Of a stretch of DNA of 64,000 nt, positions 62,451 to 64,000 are shown piece by piece (the first letter of the stretch is position 1; every line of letters starts with the position of its first letter). The stretch covers positions 682,001-746,000 of the forward strand of contig CDRNST010000144.1 in assembly GCA_977016875.1 (NCBI GenBank). The letters run 5' to 3'. A program made the translations under genes and the position numbers. Source of the DNA: Pavona decussata. Its lineage: Eukaryota. The notes below the pieces were generated by a model. That model had not been told where the DNA came from. It saw only the letters and a list, made by a program, of their open reading frames with translations, and did not search any database.

Positions 62451-64000
62451 TTTTCAAAACATTTTCTTTCGCTTTCATGACATGGCTGTCAAACCACTGA
62501 CTATCAGGTAAGTCACAAAATTGTGTACTGTTCATGCAAGGCTGCAAGCGAGTCAACTCATGTTCATTTCTGCTTGCGCTGTGATTGGTTTTCTCATTGG
62601 CTGAAATCGTTCAATATGTTATTGTTTTAGATTTTCGAAAGACTAATTTTGTTGCAATTTTCGTAACAGCAAAATTAAATAAACAAACAAACAATTAAAT
62701 CGCTAAATCAACGCAAAAAAAAATGTTCTTGCAGAAATAAACGACGCGAAGTTTTTTGTCTGGTTCAAAAAGTGCACCCCTCTGTGCTTGAAATATGCCT
62801 TTATACATTTCTTATGCATTAAAGATTTGAACAAATAAAACAGAGAAGAGACATCTTGTAAAATCCGACCTGTGTAGTATCACGTTAGAATCACTTGTAA
62901 AATGTGTAAAAATTTAAAAAATTATCTCAAAGTCTTGGCTAAAACATACCCAATCAAGAAAGACCGAGATGCGGTGTATCATGATGGGGAGTTACTTCTA
63001 GAATGCTCTTTTGTTATGCTGAAGGTCATACGTGCGCAATGCGCTGACATATTTCAGCCATCTTTACTATTTAGATATTTTTCCGGTTTCCCCCGGTTAA
63101 TATATTTAAGTGTCCCTGTAGACTCAAACAAAGGCACCAAATAATTCGCTGCACTAAAAACATTCAGACCTATGGCGTCCAAAGAAAGCAGCCAAACTGG
63201 AGAATGCGCCTACGTAGGCGAACTGGATTTAACCCGTCTGGTGTACCGTTTTGAAAGAGAAAATCCTTGGCAATATTTCCAAGATGGTGTTTTTTTGTCC
63301 AGCTCTGTTGAAAGAGGACGAAAAAGAACAAGTGCTATGATGAAGAAAATATATGTACGCAGGAGTTACAGAGTTCAAGTAAGAAAAAATCGTCCTTACG
63401 CGAACCTTGCCAGGTTATCTCTGGTGTGTCCCTGCAGCCAAGGGTGTTTGATGAAACATGGTGCGGCTCAGGTTCGGCAAGTCATAAGGCAGCAGAGACA
63501 AAAAGTGTTCCAAAAAAGTTATAATGAGCAGAATTATATGCTTTCAAAGCTTTTGGAAGTCAAAATCTGTTTCAGTGGCAAAAGACGTATCACTTATCGA
63601 ATATCACCCTTGGGAAAGGTATGCAAAGGTGCCTTCAAAAAGTGTTATGGGATATCAGACAAGAAAGTGGAAATTTTGCTTAAAAAATGGACGGCGATGG
63701 TGTCTCAGTGGAAGTTGACATTCGAGGCAAACATCATAATATGACCAGAAACCTTTCATCGCATTATCGAAGAGCACAAACGGCAAAAAGATACTTTGAA
63801 TCTCACAAGTCAATGCAATAAATGTGGCTTGGGTTCATTGCTAGAAATTCTAGTTTTAAAACAAAACGTTCTGACAGAAAGAATAGAGGCCCAGTGATAA
63901 GCTATTCTACATTTTGGAACATTTTTAAACAGGATTTAAGAGTCCTATTCAGTTTTAGAAGATCTAGGGAAGATACTTGCCAGGTCTGTGACCCACTCAG
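62451..64000 (+). mobile_element. Sola1-like transposon, copy 2 (runs off the window)
   Basis: Colinear with 4293 onward; ORF 63172-63744 has CPCSQGC and VCKGAFKKCYGISDKKV; SFRRSREDTCQVCD near the end. Confidence 0.6.

Overview
Eukaryotic, AT-rich, intron-bearing DNA. The repeat types suggest a cnidarian, probably a stony coral (inference; no search was run). The window is a transposon graveyard with no convincingly intact host gene. From left to right: a RAG1-like (N-RAG-TP/Chapaev-type) pseudogene split by a Crypton tyrosine-recombinase element; a Sola-like element, with a second copy at the right edge; LINE tails and microsatellites; a near full-length, decayed R2 retrotransposon outside rDNA, carrying exactly 28 nt of 28S target sequence at its 5' end and sitting in a flank that mimics the 28S target; a 1.6-kb TTAA-flanked foldback inside a DIRS/Ngaro SGNH remnant; a Polinton packaging-ATPase remnant; Penelope elements with pseudo-LTRs and hammerhead-like motifs; a Ginger-type integrase; a recent ~3.8-kb direct duplication (offset ~4542 bp) carrying an orphan kinesin-14 exon, spliced RAG1-core-like exons and a pogo/HIRAN remnant; a DIRS1 element (gag, RT, RNase H, MTase, ALOG-YR); and piggyBac and KDZ remnants. 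All family calls come from motif recognition by eye, and element boundaries are approximate unless a junction is quoted.
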